36,248 bases of DNA from a virus (IMGVR_UViG_2778261316_000009); one strand, 5' to 3'; counted from the stretch's first letter, positions 7,596 through 16,549 are shown. Notes: generated from the letters alone by a model not told the origin. Translations and numbers: made by a program.

Positions 7596-8249
7596 TCAAA
7601 AATCCATTATTACTTGTTTGACAAGACCAACTATTCTGCAGTTCTCACCGCATTCAATAGTTTTATAGTTAGGATTTAGTGGGACGAGATACCTGTTCGG
7701 CCAGTCCTCAACAAATTTTTTGAGTGTCGCTTCTTGCCCACCATTGATATGGGCAACAACGATTTTTCCGTTAATACACTCTGTATCAATAATATCTGGC
7801 TCTACGATAACGATAGAACCTTCTGGTATCGATGGTGAGCCGAGGGGATTGGTCATTGAATCACCACGGACCCGTAGTGCAAATGCCATTTCTGATACAA
7901 GGGCGGTAGTATAAACCCACTCTTCAGCATCTTCTTTCCTGACACCAGGCTCCGTCATTGTCCATGAACCCGCCTGAACCCACGAGATGAGGGGGACTTT
8001 TTTAACTGCGAATATTTCAGGTTTTAGATTTATCTTTGGTTCAGGCGAGCCTTTTCCGCTAACAAGCCACAGAGGATCGCATTTAAGTGCGTTGGCTAGG
8101 GCTTGAAGGTTGGCTCCATTTGGTTGGTAGTCGTCCTTTTCCCATCCAGTAACCGTGACACGGTTCACACCAGTCAAATCAGCCAGTGCTTGTTGTGTCA
8201 GGTTCAGTTCTTTTCGCCTTTGGCGAATACGATCACTCATGTTCATCAT
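7596..8249 (-). CDS. cI-like prophage repressor (HTH plus S24 LexA-type peptidase domain)
   Basis: N-terminal HTH LTQQALADLTGVNRVTVTGWE; C-terminal VRGDSM autocleavage-domain motif; flanked by operator palindromes. Confidence 0.85.
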   Translation of the reverse strand: MMNMSDRIRQRRKELNLTQQALADLTGVNRVTVTGWEKDDYQPNGANLQALANALKCDPLWLVSGKGSPEPKINLKPEIFAVKKVPLISWVQAGSWTMTEPGVRKEDAEEWVYTTALVSEMAFALRVRGDSMTNPLGSPSIPEGSIVIVEPDIIDTECINGKIVVAHINGGQEATLKKFVEDWPNRYLVPLNPNYKTIECGENCRIVGLVKQVIMDF

Positions 8250-8313
8250 GTAGGCAATCCTACCACATGCCCATGTAGGATTCTTGACATTGGTATGTTG
8301 GATATCCTACATT
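8248..8313 (+). promoter_or_regulatory. OR region: operators plus candidate pR, with a pRM-like arrangement abutting the repressor start
   Basis: sites ATGTAGGATTCTTGACAT (8273-8290) and ATGTTGGATATCCTACAT (8295-8312), degenerate site 8248-8268; TTGACA 8284-8289, 18-bp spacer, TACATT 8308-8313. Confidence 0.55.
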
Positions 8314-8344
8314 TCTGCTTAACGTAATTTAACGGGAGACAGAA

Positions 8345-8542
8345 ATGCGGAAATCCGACGTGATTAATTATTTCGGCGGAGTTTGTAAAACCGCCGAAGC
8401 CCTAGGTATTAAGCATCCGTCTGTTTCAGAGTGGCCTGAGATTATTCCTGAAGGCCGAGCGTACCAGTTAGAAAAAATTACTAACGGGAAACTGAAAGTT
8501 GACGTGTCTTTATATCAAAAGACTAACAGTGCTGCGGCATAA
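8345..8542 (+). CDS. Cro-like DNA-binding regulator
   Basis: 65-aa protein divergent from the repressor, GGGAGA RBS, downstream of pR. Confidence 0.7.
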   Translation: MRKSDVINYFGGVCKTAEALGIKHPSVSEWPEIIPEGRAYQLEKITNGKLKVDVSLYQKTNSAAA

Positions 8543-8569
8543 AAACACCACAGAAATGAGGAATTAACC

Positions 8570-9154
8570 GTGGGTAAAGAACCTGAATGGAAAGTTGATA
8601 AACAACCAGCATGGCTGGTGGCAGCAATACGAAGAACGATTGCTGATTTACCTCATGGCTATGAGGAAGCAGCAGAAATTCTTGGTTTGTATAAATCTGA
8701 TGATATCACCCCAGCAAAAGATCAATTGCATAACAGACTGCGTAGCGGTGGGGATCAAATTTTTCCACTTGAGTGGGCCATGGTTTTACAGGATGCCAGT
8801 GGTACCAGGCATGTAACAGATGCAATAGCCCGTCGTAGTAATGGGGTGTTTGTGCCGCTGGTGGTCATTGATGACATTGACAATGGTGACATTAATCAGC
8901 GGCTGATGGAGTCAATAGAATGGATTGGCAAGCATTCCCAGTACTTACGCAAGGCAACTGCTGATGGAGTTATTGACCAAGCTGAGCGTGAGCAAATCGA
9001 AGAGAACAGCTACCAAGTAATGGCGAAGTGGCAGGAGCATTTAACACTGTTATTTCGTGTTTTTTGTGCGCCGGAAAAGAGTAACGCCCGCGAGTGTGCA
9101 GCTCCGGGCGTCGTGGCGTCGATTGCTTCTGGTTGTGGAGAAACTAACGCATGA
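8570..9154 (+). CDS. phage regulatory protein, CII-like / YmfL-like
   Basis: 194-aa ORF, GTG start with GAGGAA RBS; position after cro and size match the e14 ymfL slot; assignment from recall. Confidence 0.45.
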   Translation: MGKEPEWKVDKQPAWLVAAIRRTIADLPHGYEEAAEILGLYKSDDITPAKDQLHNRLRSGGDQIFPLEWAMVLQDASGTRHVTDAIARRSNGVFVPLVVIDDIDNGDINQRLMESIEWIGKHSQYLRKATADGVIDQAEREQIEENSYQVMAKWQEHLTLLFRVFCAPEKSNARECAAPGVVASIASGCGETNA

Positions 9155-9489
9155 ACAGTTTAACAACACACTACCGTCGCTCGCAACTGATTGCGCTTCC
9201 TGTACCGGGTGGAAAAGCGAAGGTGGAGTATTGCTATGCAGTGAATGTACCAGGTGACAGGGAAATTGTAACCCACAGCTTTGCAGAGTGGGCTGTGGGG
9301 GATTTCAACCGGCAGAAGGAGACAGTCCTTTGCGACAAGTTAACCGCTGGTTCAAAGATCACTACGGAGTGCCCGTCAGAGTCATTCGTTGGGAACCGGA
9401 AACACAACGGGTTATCTACCTCCGCGAAGGCTATGAGCATGAGTGCTTCAGTCCGCTCGAACAGTTTCGTCGTAAATTCAGGGAAATAG
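9151..9489 (+). CDS. hypothetical protein (YmfM-like slot); possible frame change into the overlapping 9288-9509 ORF
   Basis: ATGA overlap with the upstream stop; the C-terminal half is Ser-rich and low-complexity, whereas the alternative frame ends in a stop overlapping the next start. Confidence 0.4.
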   Translation: MNSLTTHYRRSQLIALPVPGGKAKVEYCYAVNVPGDREIVTHSFAEWAVGDFNRQKETVLCDKLTAGSKITTECPSESFVGNRKHNGLSTSAKAMSMSASVRSNSFVVNSGK

Positions 9490-9498
9490 AGGTCGGTC

Positions 9499-10440
9499 AT
9501 GAGCACTAAATTAACCGGCTATGTATGGGATGGTTGCGCAGCGTCAGGCATGAAATTATCCAGCGTGGCAATTATGGCCCGCCTGGCTGATTTCAGTAAT
9601 GACGAAGGTGTGTGCTGGCCATCAATTGAAACCATTGCCCGCCAGATTGGCGCGGGGATGAGTACCGTCAGAACGGCTATCGCACGGCTGGAAGCAGAAG
9701 GCTGGTTAACGCGTAAGGCGCGTCGCCAGGGTAACCGCAATGCGTCGAATGTTTATCAGCTTAACGTTGCGAAGCTTCAGGCAGCGGCATTTTCTCAACT
9801 GTCAGATTCTGACCCGTCAAAATCTGACGCATCAAAATCTGACCCGTCAAAATTTGATGCGTCGAAATCTGGCAAAAAAGCGGGTTTTCACCCGTCAGAA
9901 TCTGGCGGGGATCCGTCAGTAAAATCAAAACATGATCCGTCAGATAAAAAACCTTCTCGTCCGGACGCTTCGCAACCGGACACGCAGACGGCTGAACAGG
10001 ATTTTTTAACTCGCCATCCTGATGCGGTTGTATTCAGCCCTAAAAAACGCCAGTGGGGGACGCAGGATGATTTGACCTGCGCACAGTGGCTCTGGAAAAA
10101 AATCATCGCCCTGTACGAGCAGGCTGCCGAATGTGACGGCGAGGTGGTTCGTCCCAAAGAACCGAACTGGACAGCCTGGGCAAACGAAATTCGCCTGATG
10201 TGTGTGCAGGATGGTCGTACTCACAAACAAATCTGCGAGATGTACAGCCGCGTCAGCCGCGATCCGTTCTGGTGCCGTAACGTGCTCAGCCCGTCGAAGC
10301 TGCGGGAAAAATGGGATGAGCTTTCCCTGCGCTTATCGCCGTCCGTCAGCACATACACAGAAAAACGTGAAGATCCGTACTTCAAATCCAGTTACGACAA
10401 CGTGGACTACAGCCAGATCCCGGCAGGATTCAGGGGGTGA
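9499..10440 (+). CDS. phage replication initiation protein (O-like) with an internal iteron-bearing linker
   Basis: N-terminal HTH block (SSVAIMARLADFSNDEGVCWPSIETIARQIGAGMSTVRTAIARLEAEGWL) typical of phage replication proteins; central SDPSK/SDASK repeat; Trp-rich C-terminal domain. Confidence 0.6.
   Translation: MSTKLTGYVWDGCAASGMKLSSVAIMARLADFSNDEGVCWPSIETIARQIGAGMSTVRTAIARLEAEGWLTRKARRQGNRNASNVYQLNVAKLQAAAFSQLSDSDPSKSDASKSDPSKFDASKSGKKAGFHPSESGGDPSVKSKHDPSDKKPSRPDASQPDTQTAEQDFLTRHPDAVVFSPKKRQWGTQDDLTCAQWLWKKIIALYEQAAECDGEVVRPKEPNWTAWANEIRLMCVQDGRTHKQICEMYSRVSRDPFWCRNVLSPSKLREKWDELSLRLSPSVSTYTEKREDPYFKSSYDNVDYSQIPAGFRG
9800..9950 (+). repeat. iteron array (candidate origin of replication) inside the replication gene
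   Basis: four tandem 15-bp units TCTGAC(C/G)C(G/A)TCAAAA followed by degenerate CCGTCAGA copies and an A-rich stretch. Confidence 0.5.
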
Positions 10441-10442
10441 TC

Positions 10443-10931
10443 ATGAGTCTTTTGAATGAAGTTCAGAAATTCATTGAAGCCCATCCGGGGTGTACTTCCG
10501 GAGACATTGCGGATGCTTTTGCAGGTTACTCACGGCAGCGCGTTCTGCAGTCAGCAAGCAAGTTACGTCAGAGTGGGCGTGTGGCTCACCGTTGTGAAGG
10601 AGATACACGCAGACATTTCTCGCGCCTGACTGAGAGAGCGCAGGAGCCGGAACCACAACCAGTTCGTGAAACCAGACCTGTGCGCAAGTTCTATGTCGGC
10701 ACTAACGACCCCCGGGTGATTTTGTGCCTGACCCGCCAGGCTGAAGAACTGGAGTCGAGGGGCTTATACCGTCGTGCTGCAACGGTGTGGATGGCGGCAT
10801 TCCGTGAAAGCCACTCCCAGCCAGAACGAAACAATTTTCTGGCGCGTCGTGAACGGTGTTTACGGAAAAGCAGTAAGCGGGCTGCATCAGGTGAAGAGTG
10901 GAATCTCTCAGGGAATTACGTGGGGGCTTAA
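10443..10931 (+). CDS. PerC-like transcriptional regulator
   Basis: AEELESRGLYRRAATVWMAA matches the PerC-family signature as recalled; GGGGG RBS before the ATG. Confidence 0.5.
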   Translation: MSLLNEVQKFIEAHPGCTSGDIADAFAGYSRQRVLQSASKLRQSGRVAHRCEGDTRRHFSRLTERAQEPEPQPVRETRPVRKFYVGTNDPRVILCLTRQAEELESRGLYRRAATVWMAAFRESHSQPERNNFLARRERCLRKSSKRAASGEEWNLSGNYVGA

Positions 10932-11584
10932 TGAGTAATAAATATTGCCAGGCGCTGGCGGAACTGCGGAACAAACCAGCCCATGAACTGAAGGAAGTGG
11001 GCGATCAGTGGCGCACGCCGGACAACATTTTCTGGGGAATTAACACCCTGTTTGGCCCGTTTGTTCTGGATCTGTTCACTGACGGTGATAACGCCAAATG
11101 TGCTGCGTATTACACGGCGGAAGACAACGCGCTGGCGCATGACTGGTCAGAACGCCTTGCGGAGCTTAAAGGTGCTGCCTTTGGTAATCCCCCATACAGC
11201 CGCGCCAGTCAGCATGAGGGGCAATACATCACCGGCATGCGTTACATCATGAAGCATGCCAGTGCCATGCGTGATAAAGGCGGGCGCTATGTTTTCCTGA
11301 TCAAAGCTGCCACCAGCGAAGTGTGGTGGCCGGAAGATGCAGATCATATTGCTTTTATTCGCGGGCGTATTGGTTTTGAACTGCCTGCCTGGTTTATCCC
11401 GAAGGATGAGAAGCAGGTGCCGACAGGCGCTTTCTTCGCTGGTGCTATTGCTGTTTTCGACAAGACCTGGAAGGGACCGGCAATCAGCTACATCGGGCGC
11501 GATGAACTTGAGGCATGTGGTGAGGCCTTTCTGGCGCAGGTTCGCCAGCAGGCAGAAAAACTGGTCAGGGAGATGGCGGCATGA
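10931..11584 (+). CDS. phage DNA N6-adenine methyltransferase (Dam-like)
   Basis: NPPY catalytic motif (FGNPPYSR); start MSNKYCQ at a TAATG overlap with the upstream stop. Confidence 0.75.
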   Translation: MSNKYCQALAELRNKPAHELKEVGDQWRTPDNIFWGINTLFGPFVLDLFTDGDNAKCAAYYTAEDNALAHDWSERLAELKGAAFGNPPYSRASQHEGQYITGMRYIMKHASAMRDKGGRYVFLIKAATSEVWWPEDADHIAFIRGRIGFELPAWFIPKDEKQVPTGAFFAGAIAVFDKTWKGPAISYIGRDELEACGEAFLAQVRQQAEKLVREMAA

Positions 11585-11907
11585 CGACGTTAACTCAATG
11601 CCAGCAGCAGGTGCTGGATATGCTGATTTCTTATCAGAAAGAACGTGGCTTCCCGCCAACCAATCAGGAGGTGGCAACCATGCTGGGATACCGTTCAGTG
11701 AATGCAGCGGTGGAGCATCTTCGCGCACTGGAGAAAAAAGGCGTCATCACGATAAAGCGTGGCGTGGCCCGGGGCATCACGCTTCATACCGCGGTGAAGG
11801 ACGACGACAGCGAGGCGGTCGGGATTATCCGCGCACTGCTTGCCGGTGAGGCAAACGCCAGGCTGCGTGCAGCCCACTGGTTACATGAGAGGGGCCTGAA
11901 AGTATGA
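11581..11907 (+). CDS. LexA-type DNA-binding domain protein
   Basis: QQVLDMLISYQKERGFPPTNQEVATMLGYRSVNAAVEHLRALEKKGVI resembles the LexA N-terminal winged helix; ATGA coupling. Confidence 0.5.
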   Translation: MTTLTQCQQQVLDMLISYQKERGFPPTNQEVATMLGYRSVNAAVEHLRALEKKGVITIKRGVARGITLHTAVKDDDSEAVGIIRALLAGEANARLRAAHWLHERGLKV

Positions 11908-12293
11908 AGCTAATACTGCCTTTTCCGCCCAGCGTGAACACGTACTGGCGACACCCCAACAAAGGGGCGCTTGCAGGTAAGAGCCTGATAAGCGCGGCGG
12001 GGCGAAAATTCCAGAGCGCAGCGTGTGCAGCCATCATTGAGCAGTTACGTCGTCTGCCGAAACCAACGTCGGCACCAGCTTCAGTGGAGATCGTGTTGTT
12101 TCCTCCGGATAACCGGCTTCGCGATCTGGACAACTATAACAAGGCGCTGTTTGACGCCCTGACCCACGCGGGTGTGTGGGTGGACGACAGCCAGGTGAAA
12201 AGAATGCTGGTGGAGTGGGGGCCGGTTATCCCGGAAGGGAAGGTCGAAATCACTATCAGTAAGTACGAGAAAACGGCGGGTGCAGCCGCCTGA
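11904..12293 (+). CDS. rusA: RusA-family Holliday junction resolvase
   Basis: MKLILPFPPSVNTYWRHP ... RLRDLDNYNKALFDALTHAGVWVDDSQV is the characteristic RusA signature. Confidence 0.85.
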   Translation: MKLILPFPPSVNTYWRHPNKGALAGKSLISAAGRKFQSAACAAIIEQLRRLPKPTSAPASVEIVLFPPDNRLRDLDNYNKALFDALTHAGVWVDDSQVKRMLVEWGPVIPEGKVEITISKYEKTAGAAA

Positions 12294-12312
12294 TTAAGAG
12301 GAGAAACGAAGT

Positions 12313-13122
12313 ATGAATAATCTGATGGTTATTGATGGTATTGAAGTTCGTCGTGATGCTTATGGGCGTTACAGCCTGAACGATCTGCATCGCGCAGCAG
12401 TAGCATCTGGTGCAAATGCCAGAACCAAGGAGCCAGGAAAGTTTCTTTCCAGCCAACAAACTGTTGAGCTTGTTCATGAATTAACCAACACCCAGAATTT
12501 GGGTGTTGACCCGGTGAGTGTGATTCATGGGGGAAATGAACGGGGAACGTATGTCTGTAAGGAACTGGTGTATGCCTATGCAATGTGGATCAGCCCGTCA
12601 TTCCATCTGAAGGTGATCCGTACTTTCGATATGGTAACCAGCGCACCGGAAAAATTATCCGGACAGGCTGCTGACAAGATGCAGGCTGGCGTGATTCTGC
12701 TGGACTTTATGCGCCGGGAGTTAAATCTGTCTAACTCATCTGTGCTTGGGGCCTGTCAGAAACTCCAGGAGGCTGTTGGCTTACCGAATCTGGCACCGCG
12801 CTATGCCATTGATGCACCTGCTGACGCGCCTGATGGCTCAAGCCGCCCGACGCTGTCGCTGAGTGCACTGCTGAAGCAGTATGGTATCCGCCTGACGGCT
12901 AATCAGGCATATCACCAGATGGTGAAGCTGGGGATCGTCGAGCAGCGCGAACGATACAGCCGTACCGGGATTAACAACATCAAAAAATTCTGGTCGCTGA
13001 CGGCGAAAGGCTGCATGTTCGGCAAGAACATCACCAGTCCCGCAAATCCGCGTGAGACGCAGCCGCATTTCTTCGAATCCCGATTCCCTGAGCTGTTAAA
13101 GCTGCTCGATACCGTTCATTGA
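12313..13122 (+). CDS. KilA-N domain protein
   Basis: N-terminal IDGIEVRRDAYGRYSLNDLHRAA ... pattern typical of KilA-N; strong GAGGAGA RBS. Confidence 0.6.
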   Translation: MNNLMVIDGIEVRRDAYGRYSLNDLHRAAVASGANARTKEPGKFLSSQQTVELVHELTNTQNLGVDPVSVIHGGNERGTYVCKELVYAYAMWISPSFHLKVIRTFDMVTSAPEKLSGQAADKMQAGVILLDFMRRELNLSNSSVLGACQKLQEAVGLPNLAPRYAIDAPADAPDGSSRPTLSLSALLKQYGIRLTANQAYHQMVKLGIVEQRERYSRTGINNIKKFWSLTAKGCMFGKNITSPANPRETQPHFFESRFPELLKLLDTVH

Positions 13123-13123
13123 G

Positions 13124-14119
13124 GTGACCGTGAGAGCACTACTGACCCCTGAAATAGCCCCGCGTATGGGGATTGTATTGTTCAGACCAGGTTCAGAGCT
13201 GATGCCCCTGTTTATGCAGGGGCGTGTCCTGCTGGAGCCTGAGCCGGAACGTTATTCATCTTTCGCCAGTGGTGCCGTTCCGGCGGCATCACAACCGCTG
13301 GCGGATGATCCTGCCGTTAGGGCCGTGTTCCGCAATGAGGCAGTGATCCGTCGTGCTGGTGGCGTGGAATGTCTTGAAAGCTGGTTACTTCGTGAAAAAG
13401 GCTGCCAGTGGCCTCATTCCGACTGGCACAGCGAGAACATGACCACAATGCGACACGCGCCGGGCGCGATCCGTCTGTGCTGGCACTGCGATAACCAGCT
13501 GCGCGATCAGTTCACGGAACGGCTGGAATCAATGGCAACGGATAACTGTGCCCGCTGGGTGTTGTCTGTAGTCCGTCTGGATCTCGGTTTTGATGATAAC
13601 CATGCCGTGACAATGCCGGAACTGTGCTGGTGGCTGATTCGTAATGACCTGGCGGATGCCTTACCGGAAAGTGCAGCCCGTAAGGCACTGAGATTACCGA
13701 AGCCTGTTGTGCCGTCTGTCACCCGGGAAAGTGACCTTGTGCCTTCGGTTCCTGCCACCAGCATCATCCAGGATAAGGCGAAAAAGGTGCTGGCGCTGAA
13801 AGTGGATCCGGAGTCGCCGGAGTCTTTTATGTTACGCCCAAAACGCCGCCGCTGGGTTAATGAAAAGTACACGCGCTGGGTTAAGACACAGCCGTGTGCA
13901 TGTTGTGGAAAGCCTGCTGATGATCCCCACCACCTGATAGGCCACGGTCAGGGTGGAATGGGTACAAAAGCGCATGACCTCTTTGTGTTGCCTTTGTGCA
14001 GAAAGCATCACGACGAGCTGCATGCGGATACCGTGGCATTTGAAGAGAAGTATGGCTCTCAGCTGGAGCTGATATTTCGTTTTATCGATCGTGCGCTGGC
14101 AATTGGCGTATTGGCGTAA
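13124..14119 (+). CDS. DUF968 domain protein
   Basis: C-terminal Cys/His cluster (CACCGKPADDPHH ... CRKHHDELH); GTG start. Confidence 0.55.
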   Translation: MTVRALLTPEIAPRMGIVLFRPGSELMPLFMQGRVLLEPEPERYSSFASGAVPAASQPLADDPAVRAVFRNEAVIRRAGGVECLESWLLREKGCQWPHSDWHSENMTTMRHAPGAIRLCWHCDNQLRDQFTERLESMATDNCARWVLSVVRLDLGFDDNHAVTMPELCWWLIRNDLADALPESAARKALRLPKPVVPSVTRESDLVPSVPATSIIQDKAKKVLALKVDPESPESFMLRPKRRRWVNEKYTRWVKTQPCACCGKPADDPHHLIGHGQGGMGTKAHDLFVLPLCRKHHDELHADTVAFEEKYGSQLELIFRFIDRALAIGVLA

Positions 14120-14132
14120 GTGGAGAACGAGC

Positions 14133-14885
14133 ATGAACCTTGAAGCCTTACCAAAATATTACTCCCCAAAATCTCCAAAATTGAGCGATGACGCACCGGC
14201 GACAGGCTCAGGTGGTTTAACGATTACGGATGTGATGGCTGCGCAGGGGATGGTGCAGTCGAAAGCACCGCTTGGGTTTGCCTTATTCCTGGCAAAAGTT
14301 GGTGTTCAGGATCCTCAATTTGCGATTGAAGGTCTGCTCAATTACGCGATGGCACTGGATAACCCGACATTGAACAAATTGAGTGAAGAAACCCGGTTAC
14401 AGATCATCCCTTACCTTGTGAATTTTGCCTTTGCTGATTATTCCAGGTCTGCGGCAAGTAAGGCTCGCTGTGAGCATTGTGCTGGTACTGGATTTCATAA
14501 TGTATTGCGCGAAGTGGTGAAACACTCCAGAAGCGGGGAATCTGTTATCAAGGAAGAGTGGGTGAAGGAACTATGTCAGCATTGTCATGGTAAGGGAGAA
14601 GTCAGCACAGCGTGCAGAGGGTGTAAGGGTAAAGGTATTGTCCTGGATGAAAAAAGGACCCGGCTTCATGGCACGCCTGTTTATAAGATTTGTGGGCGTT
14701 GCAATGGAAACCGGTTTAGCCGTTTACCAACCACGCTGGCACGACGTCATGTCCAGAAGCTGGTACCAGACCTGACCGATTATCAGTGGTATAAGGGGTA
14801 TGCGGACGTCATTGGTAAACTGGTAACAAAGTGCTGGCAGGAAGAAGCATACGCGGAAGCGCAATTGAGGAAGGTGACGAGATAA
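14133..14885 (+). CDS. late-gene antiterminator Q (QuuQ-like, with DnaJ-type zinc finger)
   Basis: CxxCxGxG repeats (CEHCAGTG, CQHCHGKG, CRGCKGKG); sits directly upstream of a promoter/terminator pair and the lysis genes; about 250 aa. Confidence 0.65.
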   Translation: MNLEALPKYYSPKSPKLSDDAPATGSGGLTITDVMAAQGMVQSKAPLGFALFLAKVGVQDPQFAIEGLLNYAMALDNPTLNKLSEETRLQIIPYLVNFAFADYSRSAASKARCEHCAGTGFHNVLREVVKHSRSGESVIKEEWVKELCQHCHGKGEVSTACRGCKGKGIVLDEKRTRLHGTPVYKICGRCNGNRFSRLPTTLARRHVQKLVPDLTDYQWYKGYADVIGKLVTKCWQEEAYAEAQLRKVTR

Positions 14886-14916
14886 ATGATTTTTGCTGAA
14901 GATGGCGACATGATGC

Positions 14917-14945
14917 TTGCATTTTTCAAAAAATATGGATAAGAT
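14917..14945 (+). promoter_or_regulatory. candidate late promoter pR'
   Basis: TTGCAT, 17-bp spacer, TAAGAT, immediately after Q. Confidence 0.5.
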
Positions 14946-14991
14946 TTTCCCAACGATGGGCTTTGTATGTCTACCGTTGATAAGATTTAGG

Positions 14992-15016
14992 AACCCGCCA
15001 CTGAGCGGGTTTTTTG
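14992..15016 (+). terminator. rho-independent terminator (tR'-like)
   Basis: ACCCGC-CACTGA-GCGGGT hairpin followed by a T-run. Confidence 0.7.
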
Positions 15017-15137
15017 TACCTGTAAACTTGGTGCAGTACAGTAAACACGCTGGTGGTCGTGAATACTGACTTTTTATCTTGCTGGATTTTTAGACAAGAG
15101 TTATTGGTATGTCATGTTAACCAGAAGGGAAAAAGAC

Positions 15138-15341
15138 ATGCTAAAACAGCAAGATATGACAGAAACCGCCGCCGCAGTCCTTCATTTCTTACCTGCTGAC
15201 AAGTGGGTAACGCCACGCATGATGACGAGAACTACCGGAGTAAGCGAAGCCCGGTGCCAGTTAATACTGACTCAGTTAGTTCTGGCGGGTCTGGCGAAGG
15301 ATAACGGCGGGTACGGGAATAAATTCAGACGCTGCCAGTAA
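15138..15341 (+). CDS. small winged-helix protein (PapI/FaeA-like?)
   Basis: AAGGGA RBS before the second ATG; pattern VSEARCQLILTQLVLAGLA is wHTH-like; weak call. Confidence 0.35.
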   Translation: MLKQQDMTETAAAVLHFLPADKWVTPRMMTRTTGVSEARCQLILTQLVLAGLAKDNGGYGNKFRRCQ

Positions 15342-15491
15342 TGGCGGTTTCCTGCTGTGAAAATGGGCGGCTGGTGGGTGTTGGTAGCACCTGCCAGCCA
15401 TTCGCTCATGCTTACTGGTCACAAGCGAACCACGGCCCACTGCTTTAGCGCAAAAGCAGAGTGAGCCTACCAGAGTTACGCTTACTGATCC

Positions 15492-16544
15492 ATGAAAAAT
15501 ACTGTAAAAATAAACAGTGTTGATTTAATCAACGCTGATTGCCTGCATTTTATTCAGTCCCTGCCTGATGATTCCATTGACCTGATTGTTACCGATCCGC
15601 CTTACTTCAAGGTGAAACCTAACGGTTGGGACAATCAGTGGAAAGGGGATGAAGATTACCTTAAGTGGCTGGACCACTGTCTGGCCCAGTTCTGGCGGGT
15701 GTTGAAACCTGCCGGAAGCCTTTACCTGTTCTGTGGGCATCGCCTAGCATCTGATATTGAGATCATGATGCGTGAACGTTTCAACGTGCTTAACCATATC
15801 ATCTGGGCGAAGCCGTCCGGACGTTGGAATGGGTGTAATAAAGAAAGTCTGCGCGCATATTTTCCTGCCACAGAGCGCGTTCTGTTTGCTGAACATTACC
15901 AGGGGCCATATCGCGGCAAAAGTGACGGCTATGCGGCAAAAGAAAGGGAACTCAAACAGCACATAATGGCACCGCTGATATCGTATTTCAGGGATGCTCG
16001 TGCCGAACTGGGTATAACGGCAAAACAAATTGCCGAAGCCACAGGTAAGAAAAATATGGTTTCCCACTGGTTTGGTGCCAGTCAGTGGCAGTTGCCGAAT
16101 GAGGCTGACTATCGGAAGTTACAGGCACTGTTTTCCCGTATAGCGGCAGAGAAGTTTCAGGAACAACAACTGGAACAACCACACCACCAGCTGGTGGCAT
16201 CTTATGATTCACTGAATCGCAAATATTCTGAATTGCTGGATGAGTTTAAATCTCTCCGGCGCTATTTCTCCGTATCAGTCTCCGTGCCTTATACCGATGT
16301 CTGGACGCATAAGCCCGTTCAGTTCTACCCGGGTAAACATCCGTGCGAGAAACCGACGGATATGCTCCGGCAAATAATCAATGCCAGTAGTCGACCTGGT
16401 GATCTGGTTGCTGATTTCTTTATGGGATCCGGTTCCACAATAAAAGCAGCAATGGCGCTGGGGCGTCGGGCGTTAGGTGTTGAACTTGAGTCAGAGCGGT
16501 TTAATCAGACGGTGAAAGAGGTAAGTGAACTGGTGGGGAAATAA
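15492..16544 (+). CDS. DNA methyltransferase (N6-adenine/N4-cytosine family) in the late-region moron position
   Basis: DPPY catalytic motif (DLIVTDPPYF) N-terminal and AdoMet-binding FxGxG (DFFMGSGST) C-terminal. Confidence 0.8.
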   Translation: MKNTVKINSVDLINADCLHFIQSLPDDSIDLIVTDPPYFKVKPNGWDNQWKGDEDYLKWLDHCLAQFWRVLKPAGSLYLFCGHRLASDIEIMMRERFNVLNHIIWAKPSGRWNGCNKESLRAYFPATERVLFAEHYQGPYRGKSDGYAAKERELKQHIMAPLISYFRDARAELGITAKQIAEATGKKNMVSHWFGASQWQLPNEADYRKLQALFSRIAAEKFQEQQLEQPHHQLVASYDSLNRKYSELLDEFKSLRRYFSVSVSVPYTDVWTHKPVQFYPGKHPCEKPTDMLRQIINASSRPGDLVADFFMGSGSTIKAAMALGRRALGVELESERFNQTVKEVSELVGK

Positions 16545-16549
16545 TTCTG

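Noticed and set aside
8595-8816. 73-aa alternative-frame ORF inside the CII-like gene
   Set aside because: Wholly contained within a longer, better-supported frame.
10898-10930. Upstream start (MESLRELRGGL) for the Dam-like methyltransferase
   Set aside because: The extension overlaps the preceding gene by 34 nt; the ATG at 10931 gives a TAATG junction and a typical N-terminus.
11147-11849. 193-aa minus-strand ORF and 170-aa Arg-rich plus-strand ORF
   Set aside because: They overlap the Dam-like and LexA-like genes in alternative frames; the compositions are typical of out-of-frame reading of GC-rich coding sequence.
15525-16212. Minus-strand ORFs 15525-15740, 15744-16067 and 15988-16212
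   Set aside because: Embedded antisense in the methyltransferase gene, which has clear catalytic motifs.
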